64,000 nt of DNA from Lobosporangium transversale (taxonomy: Eukaryota): the NCBI RefSeq assembly GCF_002105155.1, contig NW_019028990.1, forward strand, positions 372,001-436,000, read 5' to 3'. The stretch's first letter is position 1. Each line of letters starts with the position of its first letter. Positions 1 to 14,749 of this stretch are shown one piece after another. The translations under genes were made by a program, and so were the position numbers. The notes beneath the pieces are model-generated. The model had not been told where the DNA came from and did no database searches. It worked only from the letters and a program-made list of their open reading frames with translations.

Positions 1-476
1 ACGAATTCATATACTTGATACGAATAAATATTTGCCTAAAAGAGTGCAAGGAGAAGTCTGTCTTCATTAACGGTTTCGCAGCTGATTCTGAAAAATCCAG
101 GAACAGCGAAACAGCTGCAATCAGCGTGGCATATCATGTGACTACTATTTGCAGATTCAGGACAACAAAAAATGTTTTGAAACACCGAATGACTGCTTCC
201 CAAGTTTTTTTTTTTTTTTTTTTTTTTCTGATGTGGACATAAAAAACTTTCTTTATCTCTTCTCTTTGGATTTCTTCCTTCATCCTCACCTTTCTCTCTT
301 TCCCCCGCCCTTTGCTTTCACTTTATCCTTTATTCTCGCCATTTCCTCTTCTCCACAGCCCTTGTGAAAGCAATATCTCTCATCTGATCTCTTTTTACTT
401 TATTTTTATTTTTTTTATTTTGTTTAAAAGATCAACCTCCCCACTCATCCCCTTTATTATAATAGAATAATTCATA

Positions 477-3400
477 ATGCCTTCTGTAGAGATGCAAAAC
501 GGCACTACTGTCGACTTGGATGAGCTCTCTAACTTGCTCTCGCAACTTTACACTGCCCCCACTTCCGAAGAGTGTGATACTATCGCCAGAGATCTCTCTG
601 CCAGGGTTCAAAAGGAAGGATTCATCACTCTCAAGACCAAGAATATCCTTTCTAATCTTGAGACAGAAGCAAAGAACAAAAAATCTGGTCTTGCCCGTGA
701 AGGTGCACTGATCGGTCTCTGTGCATTGGCTGATGTCCTCGGCCGTCCTTCTGAACCATTTTTGCTCCCATTGCTGCCTATGATTCTTGACCTTTATGCG
801 GATAAAGGTCCTGTTGTCCAGGATGCTGCCTCTAGAGCTGCCCAGGCCATTATGGCCAACATGCCTTCCCAGGCTGCACCCATCCTGTTGCCCATTCTTT
901 TTCAGAGCATTGGAGGGCCTGGTAAGAAGTGGCAGACCAAAGTTGGAGCCCTCCAACTCTTGGCTGATCTCTCGAACGCTTCCCCTATTCAAGTTGGTAT
1001 TGCTCTTCCAGAAATTATCCCCGTTGTCAAGGACTGTCTGTCTGACACTAAACAAGAGGTAAGACTCGACTACATTACACATATTACATCAAAATAGTTT
1101 AAAAAGTTATTTGTGTCCTCGTTCAATGTATTATTTTCAGTACCGACCTGCATACCCCTGTTGTGCGGTTACACACCCATGCCTCAGTCGCATGCTTTCC
1201 TATTGGAAGATAATTCGTCCTACCTCCCAATTCCCTCATCTATTTATCAGTTGTCAGTGTCTGTGCCCTGTCCGTTACTCCTTTTGTTCTATTTGCTATT
1301 ATCCAAAAAAAAAAAAAAAAAAAAAAAAAAGGAGGCATGGATGTAAACAAATAATTATTTATATTTTTGCACATCAAACATTACCACTTGCTTGCATTTG
1401 CTGACTTTGATTATTGTTCCCGCAAAAGATAAGGCGAATTGAAACTAACCACTGTCATGTGTGAACCTTGAATTAGGTCGCAGACCAAGCTATGAAGACC
1501 ATGTTACGTGTTTGCAACGTCGGCGGTAATCCCGATATTGCTCGTCACCTCAAGGATCTTTGCGACTGCATGGCTCATCCTGAGAAAGTCCCTGTTGTCA
1601 TGGAGAAGTTGTCTGCAACCACGTTTGTAGCCGACATGAACGGCCCTGCACTCGCCATCATGGTCCCACTCTTGGTTCGTGCCATGAACGAGCGTTCATC
1701 CCACATTCAGCGTCAGACCACCGTCATCGTCGATAACCTTTGTAAGCTCGTCAAGGACCCTGCTGAGGCCGGACAGTTCTTGCCCGATCTCTTGCCTGGT
1801 CTTGAGCGCATCATTGATATTGCTGCCGTCCCCGAGATTCGTGCCCTTGCTACCGCCGCCAAAAACACTCTCATCAAAGCCGGAGGCGCAGTCAAGGTCG
1901 ATTCTTCCACTCAAACTGACTCGATTGTTCCATCAGAAGCTGAAGCTCGTACTATTCTCAACAAGGCCATCGCAAAGTATGGATTCTTTCCTTCGTTCTT
2001 TGACATCGTCAAGGGTCATGTCTCTCAATTGTCTGTTGTTTTGGTCAAGGAAGAAAATTTGTCTCCTCGCGAGTGGGTTAGCATTTTGGCTCCTTATCTC
2101 ACTGTGTTCATGACTTCTGCTGACGCTAATGCTGCCGTCAACGCGATCGTGGAACACTATATTGAGCTGGATCGCAAACTCAATGGCGATACGAATGTCG
2201 AAGATGATGAGGAGGGTGAAGAGCTCTGCAACATTGACTTTTCGCTTGCTTATGGTGGTATGATGTTGCTGAACCACACCAAACTTAAGCTTCACCGTGG
2301 TCATCGTTATGGTCTTTGTGGACCTAACGGAGCTGGAAAATCTACTTTGATGAGGGCTATCTCTCTCGGAAAGTTGGACGGTTTTCCTTCGCCTGATGTG
2401 CTCCGCACAGTATTCGTAGAGCACTCACTTCAGGGAGATCAGGGACAAATGGCGATTGTAGACTTTGTTGCCTCGGATGAAAAGCTTGCGCAGACACCTC
2501 GTGAGGATGTTGTCAATGCTCTCTTAAAGGTCGGATTTACGGAGGAGATGCAAAAGAATCCTGTTGCATCATTGTCCGGAGGTTGGAAGATGAAGCTCGA
2601 GTTGGCCCGCGCCATGTTAATGAACGCTGATATTCTCTTGTTGGACGAACCTACTAACCACTTGGATGTCGCCAATATCAAATGGCTGGAAGAATACCTC
2701 ATCAGCCAGACCAATGTCACATCGATCATCGTCTCACACGACTCTGGATTCCTCGACAATGTGTGCACCAACATTTTGCATTACGAGCGCAAGAAGCTGA
2801 AGATGTATAAGGGTAATCTTTCCGAGTTTGTCAAGGTCAAGCCTGAGGCAAAGTCCTACTACACCTTGGCAGCTACTTCTGTCAAGTTCGAGTTCCCCAA
2901 GCCCTCGTTCTTGGTTGGAGTCAAATCCAACACCAAGGCCATTATGAAGATGACCAATTGTACCTTCACATACCCTGGTGCTGCGAAGCCCTCGTTGTAT
3001 AACGTATCTGTTCAGCTCTCACTGTCGTCTCGTGTGGGTGTTATTGGACCCAATGGAGCTGGAAAGTCGACAATGATCAAACTCTTGACTGGTGAGACCG
3101 TTCCTCAGGAGGGTACTGTCTGGAGACATCCTAACCTTCGTATTGGCTACGTTGCACAGCATGCTTTCCACCATTTGGAGCAGCACTTGGAGAAGACTCC
3201 GAATGCTTACATTCAGTGGCGTTATCAAGGTGGTGCTGATCGCGAAGTATTGGAGAAGGCCACAGTCGCCATGACGCCCGAAGAATTGGAGCAGATGGAG
3301 ACCTGGGTTATTGGCAACGATGGAAGCAAGCGCCAAGTGGAGCAAATCATGGGCCGTCAGAAGCTCAAGAAGTCATACCAATATGAAATCAAATGGAAGA

Positions 3401-4023
3401 ATCATGTTCACAAGTTCAATACATGGATGCCACGTGAGAAGTTGCTGGAGCTCGGGTTTGATAAGTTGGTCCGTCAATTCGATGACCGTGAGGCCTCACG
3501 TGAAGGTCTTGGATACCGTGAGTTGTCACCATCGGCTATCCGGAAGCACTTGGAGGATGTGGGATTGGATGGTGATATTGCGGATCACAATATGATCAGC
3601 GGATTGTCTGGGGGTCAAAAGGTTAAGGTCGTGATTGCAGCAGCTATGTGGAACAATCCCCATATGCTTGTCTTGGACGAGCCTACTAACTACTTGGACC
3701 GTGAGGCTCTTGGAGGATTGGCTGTTGCTATCCGTAACTGGGCTGGTGCAGTCATCATGATTTCCCACAACGACGAGTTCTTGAGTGCTCTCTGTCCCGA
3801 GACCTGGACTGTGAATGCTGGTCGTCTTACGATCAATGGCAAGACTGCGGTGCAGGAAAGCAATTTTGACGATACTGAGAAACCGATTGTGGTGGTGAAC
3901 AAGAAGAAGAAGAAGTCCAGGAACGAAATTAAGGCCCAGGAGGTTCGTCGCCGTCTTCGCCACTTGGAGTGGTTGGCATCCGACAAGGGCACTCCCAAGC
4001 CCGCAGATACCGACTCGGACTAA
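477..4023 (+). CDS. YEF3: Translation elongation factor 3 (eEF3), 2 exons (477-1058, 1477-4023), ~1042 aa
   Basis: HEAT-repeat N-terminus. Two ABC cassettes (GPNGAGKST twice, LSGGWKMK, LSGGQKVK, LLLDEPTNHLD, LVLDEPTNYLD). Chromodomain-like insert (YQYEIKWK) and basic tail. GT..AG intron 1059-1476 keeps frame. Confidence 0.95.
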
Positions 4024-4896
4024 AAAAAAAGTCAAAGATTTACTCATAGACGTATACAGTACACAGCGTTAGATACCTCCGCATTTTTTTTATATTCATC
4101 ATTCTCATTGCATATCATCATATCCTGTTTACTTCATTCCCAATCATCATTGTTCAAAGAAAATTGTATAAATAAATTCATTTAATGGGTTGTTTTAAAG
4201 TTGATTACAGAAAAGTGGCAAACGAATGGTTTATTTTTTACGAGCTCAATTAGGGAGTAAAGGGGAGACTTTGAGAAGTCTGCTGAAGATTGTAATACTA
4301 AGATCGTCCATGAACGACATCCACTACATTTATTTCTAGACTTACAACTCGCTTCTGAGGAAGAATAATTTTTTTTTTTTTTTTTTTTTTTAATTAACAG
4401 TGGTAGTAGTAGTAGTACCTTTTTTAGGGAGTATGCTTGTCCCTTGCATGTGTGATTCAAGAGGGATGCCTCAATTGAAAAATGTGTGTATGGAGTTACC
4501 CTGCCTAGAAATATATAGTAGCCAATGATCTCCTCTCTTACTTTCTCTTTTGACTAAATAGATTCCTAAGTGCCATTTTATATTTCTTTCCGTGTGTGTT
4601 CTATTTTCATATTTTTATTTAGTTTAAAAAAAGAGTCGCGTACAAAAGTTATTTCAGTAAGCGATATCATAGGCATTTTTTTTTTTTTTTTTTTTTTCAC
4701 AAGTCGAGGTGGGGAAGTAATTAAGGAGAGTAAGGAGAAAGAGAGTGGGTGGGCGGAAAAGAGCGAGTGAGCCACATGGTGTCATTTTGCATATGAAATT
4801 GACTAGAGCATTGGGCCTTTAACGTTCATGCTGTCTGACATTCATTCATTCACTTTTCCTTTTTTTTTTTTTTTTTTCTTGATTCATCACATTGTC

Positions 4897-7800
4897 ATGA
4901 ATACTACAACGTCGCCAGATATTTCTGGGAACGATCCACAGCAACTGTCGTATGAATATGACGAACAGGCAACGGTTTGCGCGATCGAAACCTTTGCTGA
5001 GCACTGGACGGAGGCGCAGACCTTCTCGGTCGCCACATTGGCCAGCTGCGCCATCACTGCACTTGAAGCCTCGCACGTCGATACCCTACCCTGGAAACAT
5101 GCATTCCTGCGCTCACTCTTTCGTCATTTAGGGATCCATTCACGTCAAGAGCAAGAGATGTTATTGCTCTTACAAGAAAATGGATCCTATCAGGATTGTA
5201 ACCTCCAGGTTCTGGCAGAACCACTCATGCCAATCACCCATTTCTCTAACAACTTCGGACCTCAACCTGAACCTGGACAGGGACAAGGAAAAAGGTCATT
5301 CGAAAGCTCCGGAGTTTCCTCCTCCGTCTCATCTCCACCAACATCACCTACAAAACCAAGGAGGAGTTTACAGCAGCAACGAATATATGGAGCCAATTCT
5401 GTATCATCGCCACCCACGTCTCCCACGCACGGATCATTTCAAGGCCAAAGTCACCATAATGCTGATCAAAATGTGGAGATTGATATTCGAACAGAGATCA
5501 TCAACGATCTCTTATACATCGGCCTTGGGTTCGAGCCCTCGAGCAAAAGTCGTAAACAGGTCCCTATCCAGACATTGGCTCAAGACCTTGCTGGACTTGA
5601 ATTGGATGTTGATTTGAATAAAAGCAGTAGCAGTCATCAATACCAACATCATCAACAAAGACAACAACAAGTACAGTCATCTGATTTATATACTATTGGA
5701 GCCACAGATTTAGAACCATTGCAACCGTATCAGCAGCCACAAAATGATTCGCCACCTCCTAACCTGGCACCACGACAAATAATCCAACATCACCAACAAG
5801 ATCAACTGTATCACGAAGAGCTCTTGGGAGTGACACCGCCTCAACTTCCACCCAGGGCGCCCAGTAACAACAGCGGGTCTTCTTCTTCTTCTTCACCCTC
5901 ACTTTCATCTTTGAAAACGAAATCCCCAAGCAACACGGCAGCAAAGGGACGAGTTCAACCATTGGAATATGATGCTCGTGCTCGTGCAGTGATCTTCAAG
6001 ATGTGTAACTACCTTCTTCTGTCATATGATACTTTTATGACGGTTGAAAAACGAATTGCACAACATCTTTATTTTTATCAGCAGGAACTGATTGATGCCG
6101 AAAAAAGGGAACTAAAACGTCAAGAAGATGAGAAACGTGGTCATTATCATCATCAACAACAACAGCAACAACAACAGCAACAACAACAACAACAGCAACA
6201 GCAACAACAACAGCAACAGCAGCAGCAGCAGCGACAAACAGGCAATACAGGGCCCGGAGCAAAAGTCGGAGCATTTTTTAATAATCTGATAGGCAGCCGT
6301 GGGAGCGATCAAAGTCCTAGTCATAAAAGTGTCAGTAACAGCAGCGGACCTGTGAACCAACATGGAGTTGCTATGCAGACACAGGCGCAATCCTCGATGC
6401 AAGAATTGGAAAAGAAGAAAAAGACTTGGAGATATGTAGCAACAGGGTTGTCGATTGCGGCGGGTGCGACCGTGATTGGTTTGACAGGAGGATTGGCAGC
6501 ACCTTTAGTAGCTGTGGGTGCAGGAGTGATCTTGGGGTCTGGAGCTGCTGTCCTAGGTACTACTGCCGGCATTGCAGTAATGGCTTCGTTGTTTGGGCTG
6601 GTAGGACTCTCTTTTTTTTTTTTTTTTTTTTGTGCAATTGAAAAGATAAAAAGAAAGAAAGGAAATAATAATAATAACCAAAGCTCATTAAATGAACACA
6701 AGGCAGGAGGAGGGTTAGCTGGATACAAGATGCATAGAAGGACGAAAGGTAATTTCTTTAAAAGAAGAAAGGGGGTCGAGAAAAGTCTTTTTCTTATTTA
6801 TCTTCGCTTTCTTCCAATGATCGTTAATTAACATTCAAATAAAATGCCTGTTATTTTAACTGGATAGATCTTAAAGTACTGTCGTTTACACCTATTGTAG
6901 AGGATCCGACACTCCCTCAAATCCCTTCTCTTCATGTAAATCACGAATGGAGACATGGTTATTACTGCCTAGGCTTCTTAATGCTTTAGAGATGTCTTAA
7001 TCTTTTTACTTTCTTTTTATTTTATTTTATTTTATTTTATTTATTTTATAGATTGCGATAGTTATTTCTGGCTATCTATTTGATGAGTCTGAAGTGATTG
7101 ATGCATGGCAAGATACTGCACAGCATGCACTACATGGCACCGATGTATTTCATCTGACGTTTGAACCACAAGAGTTGGTGGCACTCGGTAATGCATTTAA
7201 GGTGTTCTTGGCCACTGAGGCTGTCCGTGTGGTATCGACTCAAGTGATCCAACAGACAGTGTTTGCTGCTTTGGCTAGTGCATTGGTTCTTCCCTTTGGA
7301 CTGATGCGTGCTGGTGATTTGATTGATAATCCATGGTAATGTAAATCAATCAATCGATCGATCGATCAATCAGTGATGAAAAAAAAAAAAAAAAAAAAAA
7401 AAAAATACTAATACCTGATGGAAGATACATGTAGGGTTGTGGCAATGGACCGTGCACGCAAAACTGGCTATGTTTTAGCAGACATTCTACAAGAACGTGT
7501 TCAGGGCAATCGACCGACAACCTTGATCGGATACTCGACAGGTGCAGTCGTCATCTGGGAATGTTTGTTGGAACTAGCAAAACGTAAAGAGCATGGTCTT
7601 GTTAACTCTGGTAACGTCGTCATTGAAAGTTGATTCGCAAAAAAAAAAAAAATTCTATAAATATGAATGAATATAAGATAGGAGAATTGATCCTTTGTCT
7701 TTTTCTTTTATATATATAAATGTATATATATATAAAGTGGTTCTATTGGGTGCACCGATCAAGACGGATATGACAGAAAAATGGCAGGCAGTAACGTCGG

Positions 7801-8021
7801 TGGTGTCCCATCGGTTTGTCAATGGATATTCCAAAAAGGATGTCGTTCTAGGCTCCATCTTCCGTCTTCATGCCCTTGGTTTAGAAGTGGCAGGTCTTCA
7901 ACCAGTTCTGGTCGATGGATGCTCTAAAATCGAGAACGTGGACCTGTCAGATATTGTGGGAGGCCATCTTGAATACCGAGAGAATTTGAATATGGTCATT
8001 TCTCTCTTGGGGGTACTCTAA
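4897..8021 (+). CDS. DUF726 / TMCO4 (Mil1-like) membrane protein with alpha/beta-hydrolase-like domain, multi-exon
   Basis: Motifs YDARAR, ATVIGLTGGLAAP, LIDNPW, RPTTLIGYSTGA (GxSxG), VLLGAP, RFVNGYS, IENVDLSDIVGGHLEY, spread over ORFs joined by GT-AG introns. Contains a polyQ tract. Confidence 0.88.
6153..6232 (+). repeat. CAA/CAG polyglutamine microsatellite inside the DUF726 gene
   Basis: Run of caa/cag codons seen directly. Confidence 0.9.
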
Positions 8022-8348
8022 GAAAAAAATAAAAATAAAAAAAAAAAAGTTGATCTCAACAACAGTAAACAGAGGCAACGAAAGATAAATGCAAGATAAA
8101 AAATAAATAAATAAATAAAAGAAGCCTAAATGGGCTTAATCGCATCTTAATGGTTCAAAGATTTGTTATTAATTAAGTTTATTTTGGATTGTTTGTTTGT
8201 TTTTTCAGGAGAGGAATGAAATGCCTGTGGCTCCCTTGTCTAGCTAGCTTTAAAAAGTCTAGATCTGTTTTACAGCAGTTTCTTTTTTAATCAGATATAT
8301 ACAGAGATAGAGATAGAGATAGAGATAGAGGACCCTTGAAGGATGGAG

Positions 8349-8388
<40 letters not shown>

Positions 8389-8487
8389 GATGATGATGTT
8401 TAATTCTCATTTTATTCTATATACTAGGATATAATATTAAATATATTACTTCTAACAAATCAAAACCGCCAAAAGTATTTTAGTATT

Positions 8488-9687
8488 TTAGAGCATGAAG
8501 AAGCCAACGACTGCGGACATTCCCAAGACCCAGGCAGTGGCCTTGTTCAAGGCAGCAGAAGAATCTTTGTTGGCAGGAGTCGATGGTGAAGGCTTGCTGC
8601 TGGCAGAGGGGCTGGTACCGGCGGCTGGGGGAACAACGGGGGCAGTGCCGGTGGGGACGGGAGCAGTTCCGGTGGAGTTGGTGCCAGGAACGCCGGGAAC
8701 GCCTGAAGGAGTTGGGAGAACGGATGAGCCAGTGGCTGGGGGAACAACTGGAGGGACAACAGAGCCATCCAAGTAGGACTTCTCACCGATACATTCCTCC
8801 ATGGTGACGAAACGGTAACCCTTTGACTTTACGAAATCAATGAGGACAGCGGTCAAGGAATCGACCGAGAACTTGTGGATCTCGTGTTGGAGGATGATGA
8901 AGGAATCTGTTGCGGGGTTGGAGTTACCGATACGGTCCCTGATCTCCTTCATGGAATCAGTGACGGGGTCGGAGCTCTTGGTGAACTTCCAGTCATGAGT
9001 ATCAGCATTCCAGTGTGAGACGACCAAGCCCAAATCCTTCATGGTCTGCTTGCAGACCTCACTGTCGCAGCGACCCTCGGGTGCACGCATGTAACGGGGA
9101 CGAACGTTAGCATACTTGAACATGATATCGGAGGTATCGGAGATCTCCTTCTGGATCTCTGACGCGCTCAAGGAATCCAAGTTGCGATGGTTAAAGGTGT
9201 GGGAGGCCAACTGATGACCATCTGCCATAATCTTTGGGAGTGCATCGCCATATTGTGCAACCATCTCACCACTGTTATGTTTTTATAACAAAAAGAGAAT
9301 AAAAAAAAAAAAAAAAAAAAATGTTTTATTAGTTTGGATTTTCTGGAAAGTTTTAATGTGAGCATGGGCATGAGCATGAGCAACAGAGTAAAAATTGAAC
9401 TCGCCACACACACATGTAACACATGCAGGTCCCAAAGTGAAACAAAATAAAAAAATAAAATAAATAAAAAAAATTCCTTACATGACGAAGAAACTGGCAA
9501 CAACACCCTTGGCCTTCAAGGTTGCAAGGAGAGCAGCGTTGTAAGGACCTGGGCCATCATCAAAGGTATAAGCGACGACACCAGGCATTTTGCAGGTATC
9601 AATTCTGGTGGGCTCGTCATAGGCACCAGCAGCGACCATGGAGGCCATGAACAAGGCCGAGCAAGAAACGAAGGTTGAGATCTTCAT
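8488..9687 (-). CDS. Polysaccharide/chitin deacetylase (CE4, NodB domain), secreted and probably GPI-anchored. 2 exons (9687-9482, 9271-8488), ~329 aa
   Basis: Signal peptide, TFDDGP, HTFNH, RAPEG, DTHDW and ILQHE motifs, Pro/Thr/Ser-rich stalk and hydrophobic C-terminus. Confidence 0.92.
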
Positions 9688-11437
9688 GTTTGTTAGATAT
9701 TAGAGTAAAAGATGAGAGATTAATGTGTAGTTTACAGTAGCTGTGAAATGCGTTGCGAAGGAGAGAGAGAGGGTTACGGAAAGGAGGAGGAAGGGAGAGG
9801 TAAAGGTTAAAATCTGGAAGGGGGATCAGACAAGATTGAGAGGATGAACAAAGAAGAAGAAGAAAAAAAAAAAAAAAGAAAAAAAGAGGAATAGGGTGTA
9901 CCTTTTATAGATGCCATCTCAAAGGAGCTCAAACTAGTGGCATGTTGATAAACATCTGTGGATGAAATTCTTTATTTGCGTTTTGTTTGTTTGTTTGTCC
10001 TAAAAAAAGCTCTGTTTGGGTGAACATGAAAAAAAAGGACCAGAGCCGTTGGCTGAAAAAGTAGGAAAGGGAAAAAGAAAGTGGGCAGTGTTGTTTGGTT
10101 GGTATATCACTGTAGTTGCTCTCATTTCAATTCAATTTTTAAAGTTCCTGGTAATTGCTTAAAATAAAAACTATTCCTCTCCAGAGGCACATTAGGATCT
10201 GAAGGCGTATTGGTAATAACAATTGAGCAATAACCTTGAGCAGCCCATGTTCAATCTAATACCCGGTAAAGAAAAAAAAAAAAAAAATGCGTTGGCAAAA
10301 GAAAGAGCCCAAGCAACTCTTCATAAACATTTACAGTAAATGAAAATGGTAATAAAAAGTAAACATGCCAATGAATAGTGAAGAGGTCCTCAAAGTTGCG
10401 TAAAGCTCGTAAAACTCTTCTCTCCCAGTAATGGACGTCTATCTTGATCCTTGATTACCTTCCTCCCCCCCATTCCCCTACCCTTCACCCTTTTTTTTTT
10501 TTTTTTTTTTTTTTCCTTTCTTTTTCTTTTCTCACCTTCATTCTCTTTTCGCTCAATAACTTCGTTAGTGTATGATAAGACCATTAGAAAATGGTATGAG
10601 CGCTTCTTTTTTTTCATGCCCGCATCTTTCTAGATTGGAAGCACGTGTGAGCATCCCGCTTTGGTCAACTTGTTCTTCATCTGGCTCTTACCCCTTCCTT
10701 CCTCTCTTTCTCCCAATGCTCTTTTCAAAGATTCACACACTTTTTTTTTTTTTTTTTTCTATCAGCTAGTCTTACATGCATACCTTTATTATTGTTATTA
10801 TTATTATTATTATTATTATTTCTTTTGTTCTTTTATTCCGTCAAAGTAAATATGCATGGCTCGAAATAGGCAGACAGAGATAAAAAAGACAAAAAAGAAA
10901 ACGGAGACACGAACATTGAATAGATATAATAAATATATATAGTATAATATTAGTGTTAATCTATACATATTTGTATATAGTTAGTCTATAGAATATTTAT
11001 ATGAAAACACTAATGGTTATTGCTAGACTAGGCTGATCACCTTTATGATCGATACAACTGAATAAGACAGGGCAAGGAGAGGTACCTGGACCACAATTGT
11101 CCATTCCTTACTCAATAGTTCTATATTTGTTTTAAATACAAGGGCCAATTGGCTGGCCTGTGAACAAATAAACCAGTTTACGCCCAAATAATTTTTTTTT
11201 TAAATATCAGCAAGACACAAGACAGACATTCTCTGAATTCGATTCTCATAATTGCACGCCACACTCCATAATCATTTAAAAAAAGATTAACGAAACTAGT
11301 TCCGTCCTAAATATAAAACGTCTTATGAACACAAACACCCATCACTGGATACACATCCTCCTTGGGCTGTGGGTCATTTGGTACTCATCTGCCCCCCCCC
11401 CCCTTCCTTCCTCTACTATGGACTGTGAGGTTGTAGA

Positions 11438-11470
<33 letters not shown>

Positions 11471-11541
11471 CCTATTGGCTGTACAATGTTCAATGTTTAT
11501 CTCTGCCATAGTGGCTGTGTGTATGTTGTTCTTGTTCTGTT

Positions 11542-12244
11542 TTAATCTTCATCGCCCTCATCCTCTTCATCGCCACTACCAACGTCCCTATATGTGGTTG
11601 TCTTTGACTTTGCCGCTCTTGATGCCATCCTGTAATAGGAAAAATACTTTGTCAGAACACTCTACTGATAATAAACAATAGAGAGTATGGCTCTTTTTAT
11701 TTTATTTTTTTAACAATCTTACCTTCTTGATGGCTCTTCTTTCACACGTTCAATTTTGCTCTTCTTTGTTCGTTTGACTCGTGTGTTCGCAGACGCTCCA
11801 GGCTTTGCACCATCTGTATCCTCAATGCCATCCATTTCCATTGACGCTGATGGTGACCTCGAACGACGCTTGGATGCTTGGCCCATTTTCTTTTCTATGT
11901 CAGTAACACCTTTTGACTTGCGTTCTGACTTGTGCTCTCGTGCATGTACCCACTCCAAAGGCAGATAATACTTGCTTGAGACCTAAATATTGTAAATAAA
12001 ATAGAATAAAATTGTAAATGAATTGATTAAATCAAAGCAATCAATCAGAACCTTGGGGTCAGTGCACCAATAATACCGGGTTTTTATTTCTTTTACCTCG
12101 TGAGTTAATTCATCACTACCAAGAGGAACAAAGAGCTCGCGTGGAAGATTCACTTTTCCAGGGTAACTGCTCAGAGTCCAGTTGTGCGCACGGCTCTTTT
12201 CTTGAATCACATACTGTGCCAAGTCACTCAGCACATATAAATTC

Positions 12245-12280
<36 letters not shown>

Positions 12281-14715
12281 ACGTACACATGGTACACACA
12301 CGTGTGTTTGTTAAAGAATGAAAAGAAGCATTCAGGACTCTTGAACCACACCTGCTGATCGACTCGACAAACCTTTGTGGGTTCATTAGCGTTAGTAAAT
12401 CGGACCGTCTTCAAGAGTGCGGCGATGTGGTAAATTAAAGAAATATTTTCCGAATTGGCCATGGTTTCTAGATAAAACTCGATATATCTTTGTTTGAGAT
12501 CACACACAGTATTAAAGAACCCAATGTCAGTTTTTGTCCTTTAAGAAAAAAGTGCGTTCCTTCTCCCCCCTGACATATCAAAAATAACTCACTTCACACT
12601 CAGGTTCAGATCTTCTACCGTATGCACCTCATCTGACACCAAGGAATTACTATCGTCCGCTGCAGTCTTTAACATAAAATCTGGGTGGTTTGCCAAAAGG
12701 TGCAGTAACCTTGCAATCGTCAGTTCATTCAGCATCAACTTATTTTCGGCTATGGAATAGAAATAAAAAAAAAAAAAAAAGTAATTTTAGTCCAAGATCA
12801 ACAGTGCATATTGATAACCTTATTAAAGTGGTATTTTATTTTTATCACACTAAAGATAAATAATAATAATAATAAACTTACCAGTATCTTGTATCCTTGA
12901 TTGTTGTACCAGAAATCCGCGAACATGCAGCCTCCATTCAAGCTCAGGCTCATGAGCTGCCAGAAACAAAAAGGACAGATACCGGATATGTAGCTCCTTG
13001 GTTCGAAGGTACTTCATGATACGAGTCGCCAACCCCTGACGGACGCGATATACTGGATCCTGAACAATAAGCGACAGTCGCATAAAGTCAGGTGCCGTAA
13101 CCATCTTCTCATACAAAGGCCTGCCACGTGTAAGCTTGAGTACTGATCGCGCAGCGTTCAATCTGAGATGACTCTTTAACACGTCACTGCCGAATCAGAA
13201 AACATTATAGTTAATGATACTGTACCATCATAACGCGAAAAAAAAAAAGAAAAAAAAAAAAAAGCGGGAAATATTATTTCGTCTTACTTTGTATTTTTTT
13301 CTTCTACAATCTCTCCTTCTTGATTTAAAATAGTCCAGAGTAACTTGAATACAGGACGAACGACTTCCTGCGCTGCTGTAGGGTCACTCTCTGCTAACGC
13401 AATGGTTCTATTAACCAGCACCTTAAGGCCCATAATCTATAGCCAATTGAATACCATCAAGAGTTAAAAATGGCAATAAGGCAGACATGCTACCTTGTAG
13501 TCTTGCTTGCATCCATCTTACCTTGGATAAAGAATATTCATCTAGCTCTTCTTTTTCGACCCAGTCTCGTCCTACTTCAAAGGTAGTCTAGATCAAATAG
13601 AATAAGCTGAAAAATTAGACTATGACAACAGACAAGTCATATTAACGTCTTTTCTATTATTATTGTATTTGTTACCTCCTGTTCTGATGTATTTGTCATC
13701 AGTAGTTTCCTGACAACGAATGAAGTCACAGAGCTGTTGATCCTCTCCAATGCCTGTGGCGAGTACAAGGTAAGCTGCGACAGCACAGCGAGATCTCTCA
13801 ATAAGCCCGCAGATTGCACACTCAGTCTTTCGTTGATAGTTTCTGCAATGTCCTTACATTCCGAATCACTATTGTTAAGGCTAGCAAGGACAATAGCAGC
13901 ATCTCTTGCTTGCTCAACTGTACCAGAGCCTATAAATGAATGAAGTGTCTCCTTGGCCTTGACATCGGTAGGGATAGATTTTGGGAATTGTTTTGCAAAC
14001 TCTGCCAATGTTTGTAAGAGATCTGAGGCACCAGTAAAGTCACGTTGGTGAAGCAATGCCATGATCTCCACCAGATGATCCTTGAAGATAGCAGGGAAAA
14101 TAAGAGAAATGGATCGAAGCAACTCTCCAGAGGCCTGTCCGTGCTCTTCACTCTCACCAATATTCTTCACCAATTCAGTGAGGATCTCAGAATTGATCAG
14201 TATAAGAGTAATGCGTTGGATAAGAATGGAGAACATCTCAGCTGCTGCCGGTAATACACTCTCAATACACGACAATGCTTCTCTCTAATAAATAAGCAGT
14301 ATATATTAGTAGTCTACTTTTGTATACTAATGATAAAAAAAGCATATTAAAATGCCTCTGATTTACTTACAGCTGCATTCTTTAGGTCTTTCAAAGGAAG
14401 TCTTGAATCCATACAGTTAGAGAACAATGATTCACATTTATCGTCGTGGACTTGCACGTACTTGTACAGAAGTGACGAACTTTTAGAAGGGTCTGGTAGT
14501 CGATCTAGACAAAGCCAGTTTTCGTCAGTTTGAAAGACTTCATTTATATGCTAATCAATGTGTTTTCGCGATTACTTACCACAAAGGACCTTGATTACCG
14601 TTCTCAACTTCTTATCATAGTCTTCTTGGACGTCACTTTTAGCTGAAGACTAGCAGCAAACATTAGATTAACAGATACATAAATTCATATGCCAGTCATG
14701 TTCATTTCATTTCTC

Positions 14716-14749
<34 letters not shown>

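Noticed and set aside
432..4047. Antisense and alternate-frame ORFs over eEF3, and similar ones over other genes, plus poly-F/poly-K ORFs
   Set aside because: Shadows of real CDSs or translations of homopolymer runs.
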